A stretch of 49,608 nt of DNA from Welwitschia mirabilis (GCA_051453625.1 JBOZIK010000001.1:45027504-45077111), one strand, 5' to 3'; counted from the first letter of the stretch, positions 1 through 14,299 are shown. The notes: generated by a model from the sequence alone, not told the origin. Numbers and translations: made by a program.

Positions 1-463
1 TTTTTTTGTAATAGTAAAAGTGGTGATGATATGGCCTTAGGTGATGATGCTACTGCCATTGTATGCTATTTCCATATGTCTTCCACCATGTTGCTATCAC
101 ATGTCACTTTGCTCCTCCACTATGTGTCATTAAAGTTGATAGCTATTTATGATTTAATTTTTGATTAATTCCACAAGTGGATTTTGATCAATGTTTATGA
201 AAACTTCAGAACATAGCTTTTGCATTATTTCTCTCTAAGTGACCAACAATACTGGTGACTTGGATGACAACACTAGCATTTAACATTTTCTTCAAAAAGT
301 AGCAATTACTGAAATTATCATGGAAAAGTTCATGATTTCATAAAACATGCTAAAAAGGGTAGAAGACATAATTTTATGATAAAATAACTATTTTAATATC
401 TTCTCTTAGGTTAGATTGGTTAAATGAACTCAATCTAAATGTTAATTTTTTCACGTAAAAACA
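1..463 (-). repeat. 3' LTR of element A (partial, runs off window)
   Basis: Aligns by eye to ~13415-13910 (e.g. aaagttgatagctattt...ccacaagtgg) and ends ...cgtaaaaaca next to the PPT region. Confidence 0.65.
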
Positions 464-495
464 TCTCCTAACTAGACTTTTGCTAGACTATTAGA
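464..495 (-). promoter_or_regulatory. Polypurine tract / Athila 3' end motif of element A
   Basis: Minus strand reads ctagcaaaagtctagttaggaga|TGTTTT, a decayed form of the Athila 'gactagcaaa..taagttggggg' 3' signature. Confidence 0.55.
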
Positions 496-2283
496 AAAAA
501 GTTGATAAAGAAATGATAAACATGGAAAAATTATCTAAGGAAAATATGCAAGTATGGAAAATGATATAACTTCATAAAATTTTTGATTAATTTTTGAAAT
601 AAAGGTATCGAAATTAGAAAAATTTTTAAAAAATGGATGCCATATCCCCTAATCAAAAACAAACTTTTTCGTTAAAAAGATGGAAAAATTTCATACAAAT
701 TTTGAGGACATTCTAAAAGAAAGAGTTTTATTACATGACTTTTTAATACTACATTCTAGAAAAAATACTTTAATGTAACACACTATCATGTAAAACAAAA
801 ACTATAATGCATAAAATACTAAAGTAGAAATACTCTTAAAAATAATGATCAATCACTTATTTTAAAAGTTAGGATTATTGTGAAGGTAAAGAGAATGGGA
901 CTAAATGTTAAAATGAAAAAATGAAGGTAAACTGTGATAGTAAGAAATGGATTATAGTCAGTTTCTAGAAAAGTTTAGGAGGGATAGAAAATCTGAAAAG
1001 ATTGTACATGGGATGGGTGATGTTGAAGAGGAGTTCAGAAGTCAAAACTAAAAAATGAACGGTGATGACTAGGACTAGCAGTGATGCCAGCTATTTTGGA
1101 ATTCTGCAACTAAAATTGTATGATATGGTTTATTAGCAGAAATGATAAATTTTAGTATTACAGTCTAAAATCAATGTTGAATGGAATAAATAGAATAGGG
1201 ATGGGATCTAAATTTGCACTGCAGATGAAAACTCATTATGATTAGAACTTGTATATATAATGTATGATAATGGTAATTAAAACTAATCTGAAACCTATGA
1301 ATGCAAAAAAAAAAAAAAAAAAAATGCCTAAGTTACTTGTCACTTTATTGAAATTTTTGTGGATGTTATGTCTAACTTTAATGGATCAAAATGTTAAACA
1401 AATAAGATATTCATTAAGTACACTTACAAAAATTCAAAATTAGTAAGTAAATTCTTAAGTACATAAGTTAAGAAAAGTAAACACAAAAAGTATCTCCAAA
1501 TCCCACATTTTATNNNNNNNNNNTGTCTTTTCCGAAATTACACATGTTTCTTTTTCAAGCATTTGGACCAAATTAAGCATTTAGTGTTATGACATTTTCT
1601 TCCAACAAAATTAAGTATGTTTTTTTTGAAGAAATCAGTGCTACATTACCAGTGAGAATTTATAGTTTAATGCAATTGATCATGTCATAAATAGTTCATT
1701 AGAGTTACATTAGCAATGAGCATACATAGTCACAATGTAGTTAACTAAACTTAATTAATTGATCATAATAAGATGTTCTTGTGGAAAAGATATATTTTAT
1801 TTTTTAATTCTTCTTCTAATATTTAATATTTTATTTTTATAAACATAAGAATGGCATAGGTTCATTAGCCTAATAAAGAAAGTCCTAACCTCATAAAATG
1901 CTTTAAAAACAAAATAACATAGTATAAAGATAGATTCCACCTTTAGCCATATTTTCCAAATTAGAGACCTCAAGTGAAACTAACCTTAAAAAGATAACTA
2001 AAAAATAAGCATGGTATTATCTAAACTTCTACTAACAAGATGATCACTTACTAATAGTTTATTCATTAAGAGCCATCAACCAGGATCATCAGATCTTAAA
2101 GACTCATGAATAGTTGGGAGGAATGGATGATTGGTGAGTTTTATTAAATAATGTCATAGTTAAAGGGGTGTGTGATGAGGTTTAAGATGATAGTGGATTT
2201 ATTCTATGTTGAGGGTGGTATTTGAGGTTTTATAAATGAAAAGGCTTAAAATGATGATTGTACAGATGGTAATGCTTAGGTGA

Positions 2284-3576
2284 TATTTGCTACAAAATAG
2301 TGTTATTCATTATATTAAAATGCGAACATCCAATAAACTGAGTGATGACCCATTATCGTTATCTTCATAGGGATATATATGTGGTAATCTTAACAAAAGT
2401 AACACAATAATTACAATCTTGCAATGAAAATCAAAATAAAAACTAAAAACAAAGATTGAGATGAATTTAAACTTGGTTAGCAGAGGAGGGAAATGAACTA
2501 ATTTCAAAGGTCTAGATTAAAACATCCAACCTGCAAAATTTTTACTTCGACAATGTCCTATAATTTCCTACAACATAAGCTCAATGTAGTCTAATCTAAA
2601 AATCACTAGTATCATGTTTATATGCACTAACAAGAAAAGAACGAACAATTACTTAAATATTCAAATAAGAAACAATCTCACCTAAAGATTACTAGTACCA
2701 TGTTAATGTACACTAGTAATGAAAGAACGAACAAGTTATTCTTATATTAAAAACAAAAAAAAATACATTACATCAAAGGACAAAAATAAAGCAAGTATAG
2801 CCTCCTTAAGGCTAGCCTTGAAGATAGCTTACTCCCAAAAGAGGAGCCTAAAATTCCATGTTGAGTTACTTCTCTAAGGTTTTACCAATTTTCCCTCAAT
2901 CAAATGTTTCTTTACAAATGAGAGATTAATGTTCTTTTATATATGAGAGAATGCTTGAACATTTTTAGCATGCAGTGGTTGGTGGGTGTTACATAAGAAG
3001 AGTTATACTTGGGTAGTTACTTAAGAAGGAAGTTATAAATTTTGACATATAGCCTTAATAGAGGATTTTTTGTCTTCTTATGAAAGAGAGGTGATGACAC
3101 ATCCTTTGAATGATGATGCAAATTCCACTGAATGCTATGCCATGTATCCTCCATATCATTGTTTTTATTATTGCCAAATGTTGTTGTAGTGTATTATCTT
3201 GCACTTCTGCCATGTGTTGCTAAAGTTAAAAGTTAAATGTAATTTATCATCTAACTAGGCTCATAAGTGTAATGTGATAAACTTCCCAAAAATATATAAG
3301 AACATAATAATTAATTGATTTTAGCCTTAAAAACCAGTGGTGCTATTGACCTAAACAATAGTTCCTATGTTTTAGGTTAGAATACTTTCAAATTATAAAG
3401 TATCTTCTAGAAGGAAGCAATAAAGCTGAAAATATTATGAGAAAGTTCCTAATTACATGAAACATAATAAAGGAATAGAAGATATCATTTTATGATAAAA
3501 TAACTAATTTAATATTTTCTATCTAAAATTGATCAAATATAATTTCTTAGAATGCTAATTTTTGCATGTAAACACA
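2284..3576 (-). repeat. 3' LTR of element B
   Basis: Direct repeat of 7915-9136 (e.g. aactaaaaacaaagattgagatgaatttaaacttggtt at ~2441 and ~8003), followed on the right by cacagttttgctagtctcttag (PPT region). Confidence 0.75.
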
Positions 3577-5949
3577 TCACCTAATCACAGTTTTGCTAGT
3601 CTCTTAGAAAAAGGTTGATAAAAAAATTATAAACATGGGAACAATTGTGTAAGTAAAATGTTCAAGTATGGAAGCAATATAATCTTTTTAAAAATTTTTA
3701 ATCAATTTTTTATAAATAATACATCAAAATTCTATGAAAAATGGATGCCATATCCCCTAACCAAAAATAGACTTTATCCTTAAGGAGATAGAAAACTTTA
3801 ATACAATGCTTTTGAGAATAAGTCAAAGTATTTGAAAAGGAGATTTTATGTCACATGGCTTTTTCATAGTATAAGCTAGAAAATCACTATAATGTAAGCA
3901 CTTCCAAACTCTAGGAAATACTACAATGTTAAAAACTTTAAACTAGCATGCAAAACACATTTGAAAACACTATAATGTAATACCTAAGAAAATGCAAAAA
4001 GTGAGATATCCTTAGAAATAATAATCAATAAATTACTTTACAAATTAGGATTATTGTAAATATGAGGAAAATGACATCGAAGTTGAAAACAAAAAGTTGA
4101 AAACAAAATTTGATGATTATAAATGGATTATAGTTAGTTCCTAAATAATCTTATTAGGAATAAAAAGTTTGAAAAGATTATAAATGGGATGTGTAATATT
4201 GTAAAAGTGTTTGAATGTGAAATTGAAAAATTAATAGTGGCAAAGGTAAGAACTAGGAGCAACACTTGTTGTTTTAGAATTCTATAGGTGATATTTTATG
4301 AAATGATTTATTAGCTAAAATGATAATTTATAGCGTTATAGCCTAAATTCAATGGTAAATAAATGGAATGGAAATGGGATGAAAATTTGCACTACATAAT
4401 GAACTATCACTACAACTAGAGCTTTTATTTTCAATACATAGAAATGAAAACAAAAACTAATCTAAACAACTATGAATGCAAAAGATAAAGTTTCCTAGAA
4501 AAATAACCACTTTATTGAAATTTTAGTGAGTTTTATGTTTATGTGAAGAAATCGAGATTTCAAATAAATAAAATATCCTTTAAGTAACCTGTAAAATTCA
4601 AAAATTAGTTAAGTAAAATCTAGATTATATAAGTTGAAAAAATGAATAACATAAGAGTTTTCAAATCTTATCTTTTCTTTTCATTTGTACCTTTTCTACA
4701 ATCACATATATTTCTTGTTTTAAGCATTTAGATGAAATCAATCATCTAATGGTATGACATCTTATTCCAATAGAATCAAGCATGCTGTTTCATAAAGAAG
4801 TTAGTGCTACATCTTTAGTGAGTGTTTATAGCTCCGATGTAATTAAACATGTCATACATAGATCATTATAACTATGTACCTAAAAGCATCTATAGCCTCG
4901 ATAAAGAGGAGATAGTTTAGTTTCTTTTGATTACTCCTTTTCATATTTAATATCTTTTATGCACGTGAAACGTGTCATTGGCTTATCAACCTAATCAAGA
5001 AAAATATTGTCCCCATAAAATCCTTGAAAACATAAAACATCATATGAAGGTAGATTCCATCTTTTTCAACTATATTTTCTGAATTTCGATACATCAAGTG
5101 AAATTAGCCTTAACAAGATAACTTGAAAATAAGCAAAAGGTTTTCTTAAAAAGTACAAATAAAATTAAATTTTACCTAATCCATAATGACAAGGTGATCA
5201 TTTATTAATGATCTATTTATTAAGAGCCATCAACCAATGTTATTAAGTATTAGGAACTTATAGATAAATGGATGAGGAGGATGGTTGGTGAGTTTTATTA
5301 GGTGGTTCCAAAGTGGAAGGGGTTGTTGATAAGGTTTAAGATAAGAATGACTTATTTTGTATCATGGATGGATTTGGAATTTTCTAAGTAAAAAAGGTTT
5401 AAGGTGATGATTGCATAGGTGTAGTGCTTGGTGGTTTAAGAAAGAAAGACTATCAAGTAATAATGTTTTTAAAGTTTTTATCTTTTTTCATCCTAAATCT
5501 AATCTAAAAGGAAAATTCATTTTGAAGGGGAAAAATCCTAATCTAAAAGCATAAAATAAAACTAATTCTAAGGTACTGGTATGGAGGCTCAAGATGGTGA
5601 TGAATGCAAGGTTTATATTATGGGTCAAAATTACACAAAGCATTTTGAGTTGAGAGATAATTCTTATACATTTTTATGCATAAATCTATAAAATTAGAAA
5701 AAAATTAACATAAGTAGTAAAATTTATACATTCAAAGTTAGAAACAGTCCATCCTTTAGCTTTTTTTTCTTATTTAACAACTCATGCAAAACATCATTTT
5801 GAGCTGAAGATAAAAGTATGTTGGAGATCATTAGAGAAGGTGAATAATCATGAAAAAAAAATTTAGAAAATGTTTCCAAAGCAAATGAAGTTGGTATTTT
5901 TGATTAAATCTTAAGTCTTGCTTAGAATATAAAGATAAAGGTAAAATAT

Positions 5950-6880
5950 TTGGCTTAAGATGTTGTTAATAAAAAAGTTCTTCATAAGATGAATTATGTG
6001 TGGGCTCTTTGCTAATGGTCTCCTATTCATTAAGGTTGCTAGGGGATTCCTCCTGATGTGGTTATGCAAGAGATACTAGTTGTAATTTAAAGATAGGTTC
6101 CTTTTTAATATTATCCCTCTAATTCATGTCACTTATTGATTCATCGTTAGTTGTATAACTCTCAAAGTTGTAGCCTTTCTTCTATAGTTGCTCATTTTCT
6201 ATTGATTACTCATCGTATGATATGTTTAATCCAAATCCAAAGTATAACCTTCTTATACATAATCTTTCACTCTCTAATGCATTTTTAATTTAAGGTTCTC
6301 ATGGATTTCATCATTGGTTACTTCACAGATTTCTTCCTCATTCCTAAATGCTTTAACTTGGGTATCATTAATTTTACTATCCTTATCCCTTTTAAGGTTG
6401 TTAAGATTATTAAGTTCATTGAATGTAAAAAGGTTGTTCTCTTTTTATTTCTTAAGAATAATAGTGATTTGAGTATTGGTTTGGATACATATTAAAAAAT
6501 TTACTCAATAGTTTTCATGGTTTGCTTTTAAGATTTCATGATCCCTTTAGCATTTTTCTTTATAGAATGTCTAGGTGATTGAGGCAAAGACATGCTACGA
6601 TGGAGTTGGTAAAAGTTTATAAGAAATTCTATAAGATATCTTCTAAGGATTTTAAAGATGGTTGTCAAGAGTAAGAAGTTCAAGTGTATTAGTTAAATGA
6701 TGAAGAACATCAAAAGGAATATGGAGACAAGGGTTGTGAGGACAATAAAAGGCATAAAATCAAACACTCTTTGTTCAAAATAAGGATTTTCAAACTTAGG
6801 ATTATAAAGAAGTTGATCTATGTATGGAGGGTGTTATTAGGATTTGAATATATTCTTCCAAGGCTTTCTTAGTATTAGAA
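5950..6880 (-). pseudogene. Highly decayed gag-derived remnant in element B
   Basis: Minus-strand KKALEEYIQ near 6845-6870 resembles the Athila gag N-terminal 'RTLxDYxQP' motif. Collinear with the remnant in A. Confidence 0.35.
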
Positions 6881-7643
6881 GGATCTCTAGGTTTCAAATA
6901 GTATGGGTTGTATTAAAGGTAATTTTCTGAAGGTTGTATATAATCTCCTATAGTTTTTTTAGGTTGAATTTGATTTTTAAAATTAGAGGGATTTTCATAG
7001 TTCCCATAGACAAGTTATAGTTCAGAAGGTATGTCAAATGGATCACATGTCTAACTCATGATAAGCTTTAACAGTTAGTAAAATTCATCATAAGGTTATG
7101 TTTTCTTAACTTTCAAGGTTTTAAAGGGGGTTTGAAATCAAAAGGAATTTAAGAGGCCAAATAGAGATTAAGTGGAAAAACTGAGTGAAAAACTCATGAA
7201 AAAAACTAGTGACACCGATTACTGTTCATGGCAATGCAAGTCTTTTTTAGAGAATTACTTATAATAAAAAGGGTAGTTAAGGGTGTGGATATGTAATAGT
7301 TTCACATTATAGGAAATAAAGAATGAGTAGTGGAAAAGAAATGGCAGTGAAATGAAATGAAGTAAAATCTATGGAAAAATCCTAAAGATTTTTTTAAAAA
7401 TTTTTACAGAAAAAATGAAACATACTAAACACAAATTATAACTACTGAAATGAAAAATTTGTAAAAATGAAAAAAAAATAAAAAAATGTGAGTCTTTATA
7501 TAGTTTCATTGTTTTCTTTTTTGATCCTCTTTTGAGTTAGAACCTATAAAAAACACATTATAACTATAACACAAAAGGTCTGATGTTGAACTGATCTTTA
7601 GGTTAGGATAAAAATTACACAAAACTATTTAAAAAAAAGAAAA

Positions 7644-7645
<2 letters not shown>

Positions 7646-7709
<64 letters not shown>
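7646..7709. repeat. (AG)n microsatellite abutting an assembly gap
   Basis: Perfect AG dinucleotide run. Confidence 0.97.
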
Positions 7710-7914
7710 NNNNNNNNNNNNNNNNNNNNNNNNNNNNNNNNNNNNNNNNNNNNNNNNNNNNNNNNNNNNNNNNNNNNNNNNNNNNNNNNNNNNNNNNNNN
7801 NNNNNNNNNNNNNNNNNNNNNNNNNNNNNNNNNNNNNNNNNNNNNNNNNNNNNNNNNNNNNNNNNNNNNNNNNNNNNNNNNNNNNNNNNNNNNNNNNNNN
7901 NNNNNNNNNNNNNN

Positions 7915-9136
7915 TATCATTCTCTCCTTAGGGATATATATGTAATAAGATTAATTAAAGTAATACAATAATTACAATCTTGTAATGAAAATCAAAGAAA
8001 AAAACTAAAAACAAAGATTGAGATGAATTTAAACTTGGTTTGTATAGGAAGGAAATGAACTAGCCCCAAATGTCTATCTTGAATCATCTAAGTTGCAAAA
8101 CATTTACTTTGATAATGTTCTATAAATTATTGAAATATAATCTCAATGTAGTTTCACATAGAGATTATGAGTACCATGTTAATGTACCATACTAATAAAA
8201 GAATAAAAAACTACTTAAATATTCAAATAAGAAATAGTCTCACCTAAATACTACTAGTACAATGTTAATATTCACTAGTAACAAAAGAATGAATAACTTA
8301 TTCTTGTACTAAAAACTAAAAAAATAAATTACATGAAAGGATAAAATAAAAACACCTATAGAATCCTCAAGGCTAGCCTTAAAGCTAGCTTGCTTCTAAA
8401 AGGGTAGTTTAGAATGCCATGTTGGCTTGACACTCTAAAGATTTACCAATTTTCCACTAGTCAAAAGCTTTTTACAGATAAAGGCTCAAGGCTTTATAGA
8501 TGAGTAAAGGCTTGGACATCTTTGACATGTAGTGATTGATGAATGATTACATAAGGAGGTTATACTAGGATGGTTACTTAAGAAGAAAGTTACAAATTTT
8601 GGCATGTAGCCTTAATAGAGGATTCCTTTGTATTCTTATGAAGAAGAAGTAATAACATGTCCTCTAAATGATGATGTAGCTTCCATCAGATGCCATGCCA
8701 TCTGTTCTCCATGTCATTATCTACATTACTGTCATATATCACTCTGACGTATTATTTTGTGCTTCTACCATGTGTTCTTGAAGTTAAAGATTGAATCTAA
8801 TTTATCATCTGACTAATCCCATAAGTGTAATGTTATAAACTTTCTAAAAACATGTAAGAACTTAATAATTCAGTTATTTTGCCTTAAAAAATTGATAGCA
8901 CTAGTGACCTAGATGGTGGTGCTAACATTTTTTATTAGAATTCTCTCAATTTGTAGATTATCTTCTAGAAGATATCAATAAAGTTGAAAATGTTATGAAA
9001 CAATTCATAATTACATAAAACATAATAAAAAGATCAGAAGAGATCATTTTATGATAAACTAACTAATGTAATGTCTTTGTCTACATAAAATTAATCAAAT
9101 ATACTTGCTTGTGATGTTAATTTTTGCATGTGAATA
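7915..9136 (-). repeat. 5' LTR of element B (left end hidden in gap)
   Basis: Direct repeat of 2356-3576; ends ...gcatgtgaata, a decayed ...gaaca. Confidence 0.75.
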
Positions 9137-9699
9137 AGTGGTTTTAAGAAAGAAAGACTATTAAAAAAAGTTTTTTTTAATGTTTTCAAAATTTTCCATT
9201 CTAAATCTAATCTAAAAGGAAATTTTAATTTAAAGGAAAAATCCAATATAAAAGAATAAAAATAAATTATACTTTTGGACTAAAATGGTTTTCTAAGATG
9301 ATGCATGTAAAGTGGCTCAAGAGTGAGAAGCAAAGATTGAATGATGAGTTAAAATTTTGTGAAGAATTTTGTATCGAAAGTGAATCCCTGAAAAGTTTAA
9401 TGCATGAATTCATAAAATTAGAGAAAAAACTAGTATAAATATAAAGTCTATGCATTTAAACTAAAAAATAGTCTATTCTTTAGCTTGTTTTTATTTGTTC
9501 AATAACTCATACAAGACATAATTTTAAGGTGAAGAAAAAAGTGGAGTTTAAGACCATTAGAGAAGGTAAATGTTCACTAGGAAAATTGTCAATAGATGGT
9601 TCCAAGGCTAAAAATGGTTGATCTTACTTAGAAGATAAAGATATAGGTGAAATGGTTGGTTCATGAACTTGTTAAGCAAAATATGAAAATTTCTCATAG

Positions 9700-11195
9700 G
9701 ATGGATCATGTATGAGCTCTTTACTAGTGTTCTTCTCCTTATTTAGATAACTAGGGGATTCTTCCTCATGTGGTTTCACAAGTGATAATGGTTGTAATTC
9801 AAAGAAAGGTTCTTATTTGATGTTGTCTTTCTCATTAATGTTGCTTATTAATTCAATTTCTATTGTATAATTCTCAAAGGTATAACCTTCCTCAAATGTT
9901 TGCTCATGTTCTAAAGATTTTTCATTCTCTAATATGCTTAATTCTTCACTAAAGTATAGCCTTTTCTTAAATGATTATTTATTCTTTGGTGCATTTTTAA
10001 CCTTAAGGTCATCATGGATTTACTCATTGATTTATTCTTTACTTCTAGAGGGTATGGCTTGGATATCATTGATTTCACTATCATAAATTCTTTTAAGGTT
10101 TTAAAAAGTCCTATGATTATGTTCATAGAATGCAAGAAGATTTTTTTTCCTTCTTCTTGGTTGAGTATACTAATAGTTTAAACATTAGTTTAGTCTATTT
10201 ATTGAAGAATTTACTAAATATTTTTCATGATTCACTTATAACATTTCATGATTCTTNNNNNNNNNNNNNNNNNNNNNNNNNNNNNNNNNNNNNNNNNNNN
10301 NNNNNNNNNNNNNNNNNNNNNNNNNNNNNNNNNNNNNNNNNNNNNNNNNNNNNNNNNNNNNNNNNNNNNNNNNNNNNNNNNNNNNNNNNNNNNNNNNNNN
10401 NNNNNNNNNNNNNNNNNNNNNNNNNNNNNNNNNNNNNNNNNNNNNNNNNNNNNNNNNNNNNNNNNNNNNNNNNNNNNNNNNNNNNNNNNNNNNNNNNNNN
10501 NNNNNNNNNNNNNNNNNNNNNNNNNNNNNNNNNNNNNNNNNNNNNNNNNNNNNNNNNNNNNNNNNNNNNNNNNNNNNNNNNNNNNNNNNNNNNNNNNNNN
10601 NNNNNNNNNNNNNNNNNNNNNNNNNNNNNNNNNNNNNNNNNNNNNNNNNNNNNNNNNNNNNNNNNNNNNNNNNNNNNNNNNNNNNNNNNNNNNNNNNNNN
10701 NNNNNNNNNNNNNNNNNNNNNNNNNNNNNNNNNNNNNNNNNNNNNNNNNNNNNNNNNNNNNNNNNNNNNNNNNNNNNNNNNNNNNNNNNNNNNNNNTCAT
10801 GATTCACTTATAACATTTCATGATTCTTTTAATGTTTTCTTCTAGAGAATGTAAAGGGGATTAGGGTGAAGGCATGTTGAAATACATATAGACAATATTT
10901 GCTAAGAAACTTTGTAGGGTATCTTATAAGAATTTCAAAGAAGATTTTGAGTGTAGAAAGATGGAGAATATTAATCAAATAATGAAGAATTTGAAAAGGA
11001 AGATAAAGGATAAGGATTGAAGAGTAAAGGGTTTTAATAAGATGATGAGTAATAAGGATCATAAGGGACAATGAAAGATACAAGATCAAATTATTTTTAT
11101 TAAAAGTGATTATTTTCAAACTCAAGGTTATAAAGAGTTGAACTAAGTAAATTCTAAGTTTTGAAGATAATCTCCAAAGATTTTCTTAGTATCAT
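9700..11195 (-). pseudogene. Highly decayed gag-derived remnant in element A
   Basis: Minus-strand fragments KIFGDYLQ (~11165-11190) and L*DTLQSFL..SLEENIK (~10830-10930) resemble Athila gag segments. No capsid core or pol seen outside the gap. Confidence 0.4.
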
Positions 11196-12228
11196 AAGGA
11201 TATTGAGGTTTAAAAATATATAGGTTTTATTTGCATTAAAGGTAGTCCTATAAAGTTTCCTTGGATCAATTATAATCTCTTACATCCTATTTTGGTTAAA
11301 TATAACTAGTAAAGTTATAAGGATTTTCATATTAAATAGGTCTCTTTTTAATATTAAGCTCTTTAGTTAAGAAGACATTTTGGTATTTATGGGGTATTTT
11401 ACACAGTCTCTCATAAGGATCATGTACCCAATCCTGATCTAGTTTTATAACTCAATCCCAATCTAGTTTTAGAAAACAAACTATAAAATGAACTGTAGGA
11501 TTATATTTTTCTAACTTTTTGAGGTTTTAGAAAGGACTAAATATCAAAAGTGTTGAGAGGATTTAAAAGAAGACTAATGAAAATTTTGGAGGTGTTTTAA
11601 GTAAGAATGTTGGTGACATCAGTTAGGTTTACTAATAGCACTAATTACTTGAAGAAAAATTTCTAAAAAAAAACTAAGGTTACATTTGGAGTTGTGAATA
11701 ATATTTTATGTTATGGATTAAAAACAAATAAGAAATTGAAAATGAAATAGTAGGTAAATGAGATGAACAAAACTTATGAAAAAAACCCTAAAATAATTTT
11801 TTTATAATTTTAACCCAAAAAATCTAAAAATTCAATAAAAAGAAAAGCTAGCTATAGAAACAAAATTTGTAGGAAACACAAAGAAACATATAAAAAAAGG
11901 GATCTCTATATTAGTTTTTTATCTTTTTTCAATACTTGTTTAGTCATGACCTATAAAAAACTCATTATATCCAAAAAAAGAATATCTAATATGGAAACGT
12001 TGTTCATGTTAGAGTATAAAAATTAGACAAAAGTTTTAAAAAGGACTAGTTCAGGTATCACTGGAAATAAATCAAAACCCACCATTGGAAAGAAAATAAA
12101 ATAAAAAAAGGATTAGTTTAGATATCACTACAAGGAACTAATATCAACCACTAGAAAAAATTAAAAACTAAACTAAAAATTTCAAGAAATAAAAACTATC
12201 CTCCTCCTAAGAAGCTACCATGCCATTG

Positions 12229-12246
12229 TCCTTAGCAATAGTGCCA
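12229..12246 (-). promoter_or_regulatory. Primer-binding site (tRNA-Asp type, Athila) of element A
   Basis: tccttagcaatagtgcca versus the tRNA-Asp 3' end tccccggcaacggcgcca; all 6 differences are C>T or G>A. Adjacent to the LTR end. Confidence 0.75.
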
Positions 12247-12251
12247 AAATC

Positions 12252-13910
12252 TATTCACCAAAATATATTTGTTATAATAGAAAGGAAAAATCCAATTCAA
12301 AAAAAATAGGTAAGAATTTAGTATTATTCTTCCACAGAGATAATCTAAGTAAAGTTAACAAAGGTAACATAAGATTGTCAATCCTATAATGAAATTAAAA
12401 AAAAGCAAAATCAAATTTGAGATTCTGTTAAACTTTAATTAGTAACGTAGGGAAACAAATGGGCTCCAAAGATCTAGTTTAACTTATGTAATAGCACACC
12501 TTCACTCCAATGATATCCCATAATCTTTCTAAAATGTAAGCTTAAATTATTAAGTCATGACAACTTGAGGTGTAATGACATAATTGCATTCACAACAGAA
12601 GTGTTAGTAAATTTAACAGTCACTTTAGTCCTTCATAGTCCTTTATAAACATAGAANNNNNNNNNNCTAGATGTCTAGCTTTACTTGTCCAACAACATAT
12701 ATTTACTCTAATAATTTTCTATAAGTTATAAAACATAAGTTTTTAGATTATCAAGTTAAGGTGACTTGGACATGATAACATAATCTCATTTACCACTTTT
12801 GTTTTAATGAATGCAATAATCACTTTAGTCCTTTATAAACATAGAAAGTAAGAATAATTGTACTAAGATTAATAAAATGATAATAACTATAACTACTAAG
12901 CTAACTTAAAGACTTCACTCAATATCGATAGAACTCAATAATGTAGTCTCATGTAAGGATTAAAAGTACTAGATTATTATATGCATTGGAAATAAAAGAA
13001 TGGACATATATTAAAACAAGAAATAGTCTCACCTAAGGATTAAAAGTATGGGGTTATGCATACTATAAATTGAATATTGAACAACTTATTCTGATATTAA
13101 AATAGAAAAATACATTACATGGAAGGAGGAAGATGAAGCTTATACAACTTCTCAACCTATCCTTGAAACAAGTCTGCTTCCAAAAAAGGTGCTTAGAAAG
13201 CCATGTTGATTTGACACTCTAAGAATTCCACTATGTTTGCCTAACCAAAGATCTTTTTTTAATTAGGGCTCAAGGCCCTTTTACAAATGAAGAAAGGATT
13301 AGAAACCTTTGGCTTATAGTGATTTGTGGTGATCAAAATCAGTGGGGTTACACTTTGGGTGGTAACATTTTGAGAGGTTATATTTTTTGTCATGTAGCTT
13401 TAAGAAGAATTATTTATTTTCTTATGAAAGTGGTAATTATGCAACCTTTTAATGATGATACTATCACCATCGGATTCTATCATCATATGTCTCCTATGTC
13501 ATCATACTCATCACTACCACATGCTTTCTGCCTCCAACATATGTCCTTGAAGTTGATAGTTATTTTTAATTTTTTTTTGACTAAGCCCACAAGTGGAAAT
13601 TGATTAATTTTTTTAACTAATTTTTTTGACAAATTTAAAACATAGAGTTTTCACTAATTCTCTCCAAATGATCAATAGCACTAATGATCTAGATGATGAC
13701 ACTGATGTTTTCTACTAGAAGTTCTTCAAATTTTAACATTTTCTTTAGAAAGAAGAAATTAACTTGAAATTATTATGAAAAAGTTCATAATTTCATAAAA
13801 CATGTTAAAGAATGTAGAAGACATAATTTTATGATAAAATAACTATTTAGAGTCTTTGTCTATGATAAAGTGATCAAATAAACTCTATTTAAATGCCAAT
13901 TACATGGATA
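12252..13910 (-). repeat. 5' LTR of element A
   Basis: Lies next to the PBS and is homologous to 1-463 and to B's LTRs (e.g. aaatagtctcacctaa, gccatgttgatttgacactctaag). Confidence 0.7.
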
Positions 13911-14299
13911 GATTAAGTATAAATACAACAAAGAAAAATGAGCAAGCTTAAAATAAAAGAAAACAAATGTGAGAAAAATAAAATTTTCTCAGTAGGGAGA
14001 ATAAGACATGAGATGAAAAACTCATTTATACTTTTTTCTTCTTCATAATGCATTAATGGTAATAATACTTCTTCTAAGAATGGAAAAAACTTCATATCCC
14101 AAAGAAAAGAATTTAAGCCTTTAATAATGATGACCTATTGCTATTTTTCTTTTTTGATATGTTGTTTTAGTTTTTTTTCTTACTCATGTTATTTTAATTT
14201 CCAATATGTTTAGTAGTTTGTCATTTCAATTCCTTAATTCCTTTTTTATTCTTTTAATGTAAATATTATAATGGATTAGGGTTTTAGTTCTTTCTTATA

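Larger units (their letters stand above)
2284..9136 (-). mobile_element. Element B: full-length non-autonomous Athila-type LTR element (~6.85 kb) nested in A
   Basis: Two ~1.3 kb LTRs (2284-3576 and ~7915-9136, left end in a gap) with a PPT motif at ~3577-3610. Flanks ggtga/agtgg fit a decayed GGTGG TSD. A's internal sequence resumes at 9137 exactly where it stops at 2283. Confidence 0.75.
1..13910 (-). mobile_element. Element A: old non-autonomous Athila-type (Ty3/Gypsy) LTR element, interrupted by element B
   Basis: Paired diverged LTRs (<1-463 and ~12252-13910), a tRNA-Asp-type PBS at 12229-12246 and an Athila-type PPT region at ~464-495. The internal region (464-2283 + 9137-12228) is collinear with element B's. 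No pol motifs seen. Confidence 0.7.

Noticed and set aside
13319..13603. 94-aa ORF inside A's LTR
   Set aside because: It lies in LTR sequence, and no equivalent ORF is listed in the homologous LTR copies.
1..13910. A ~3 kb-unit satellite or segmental tandem array
   Set aside because: The repeated blocks resolve into LTRs and internal regions of two nested elements with PBS, PPT and TSD.
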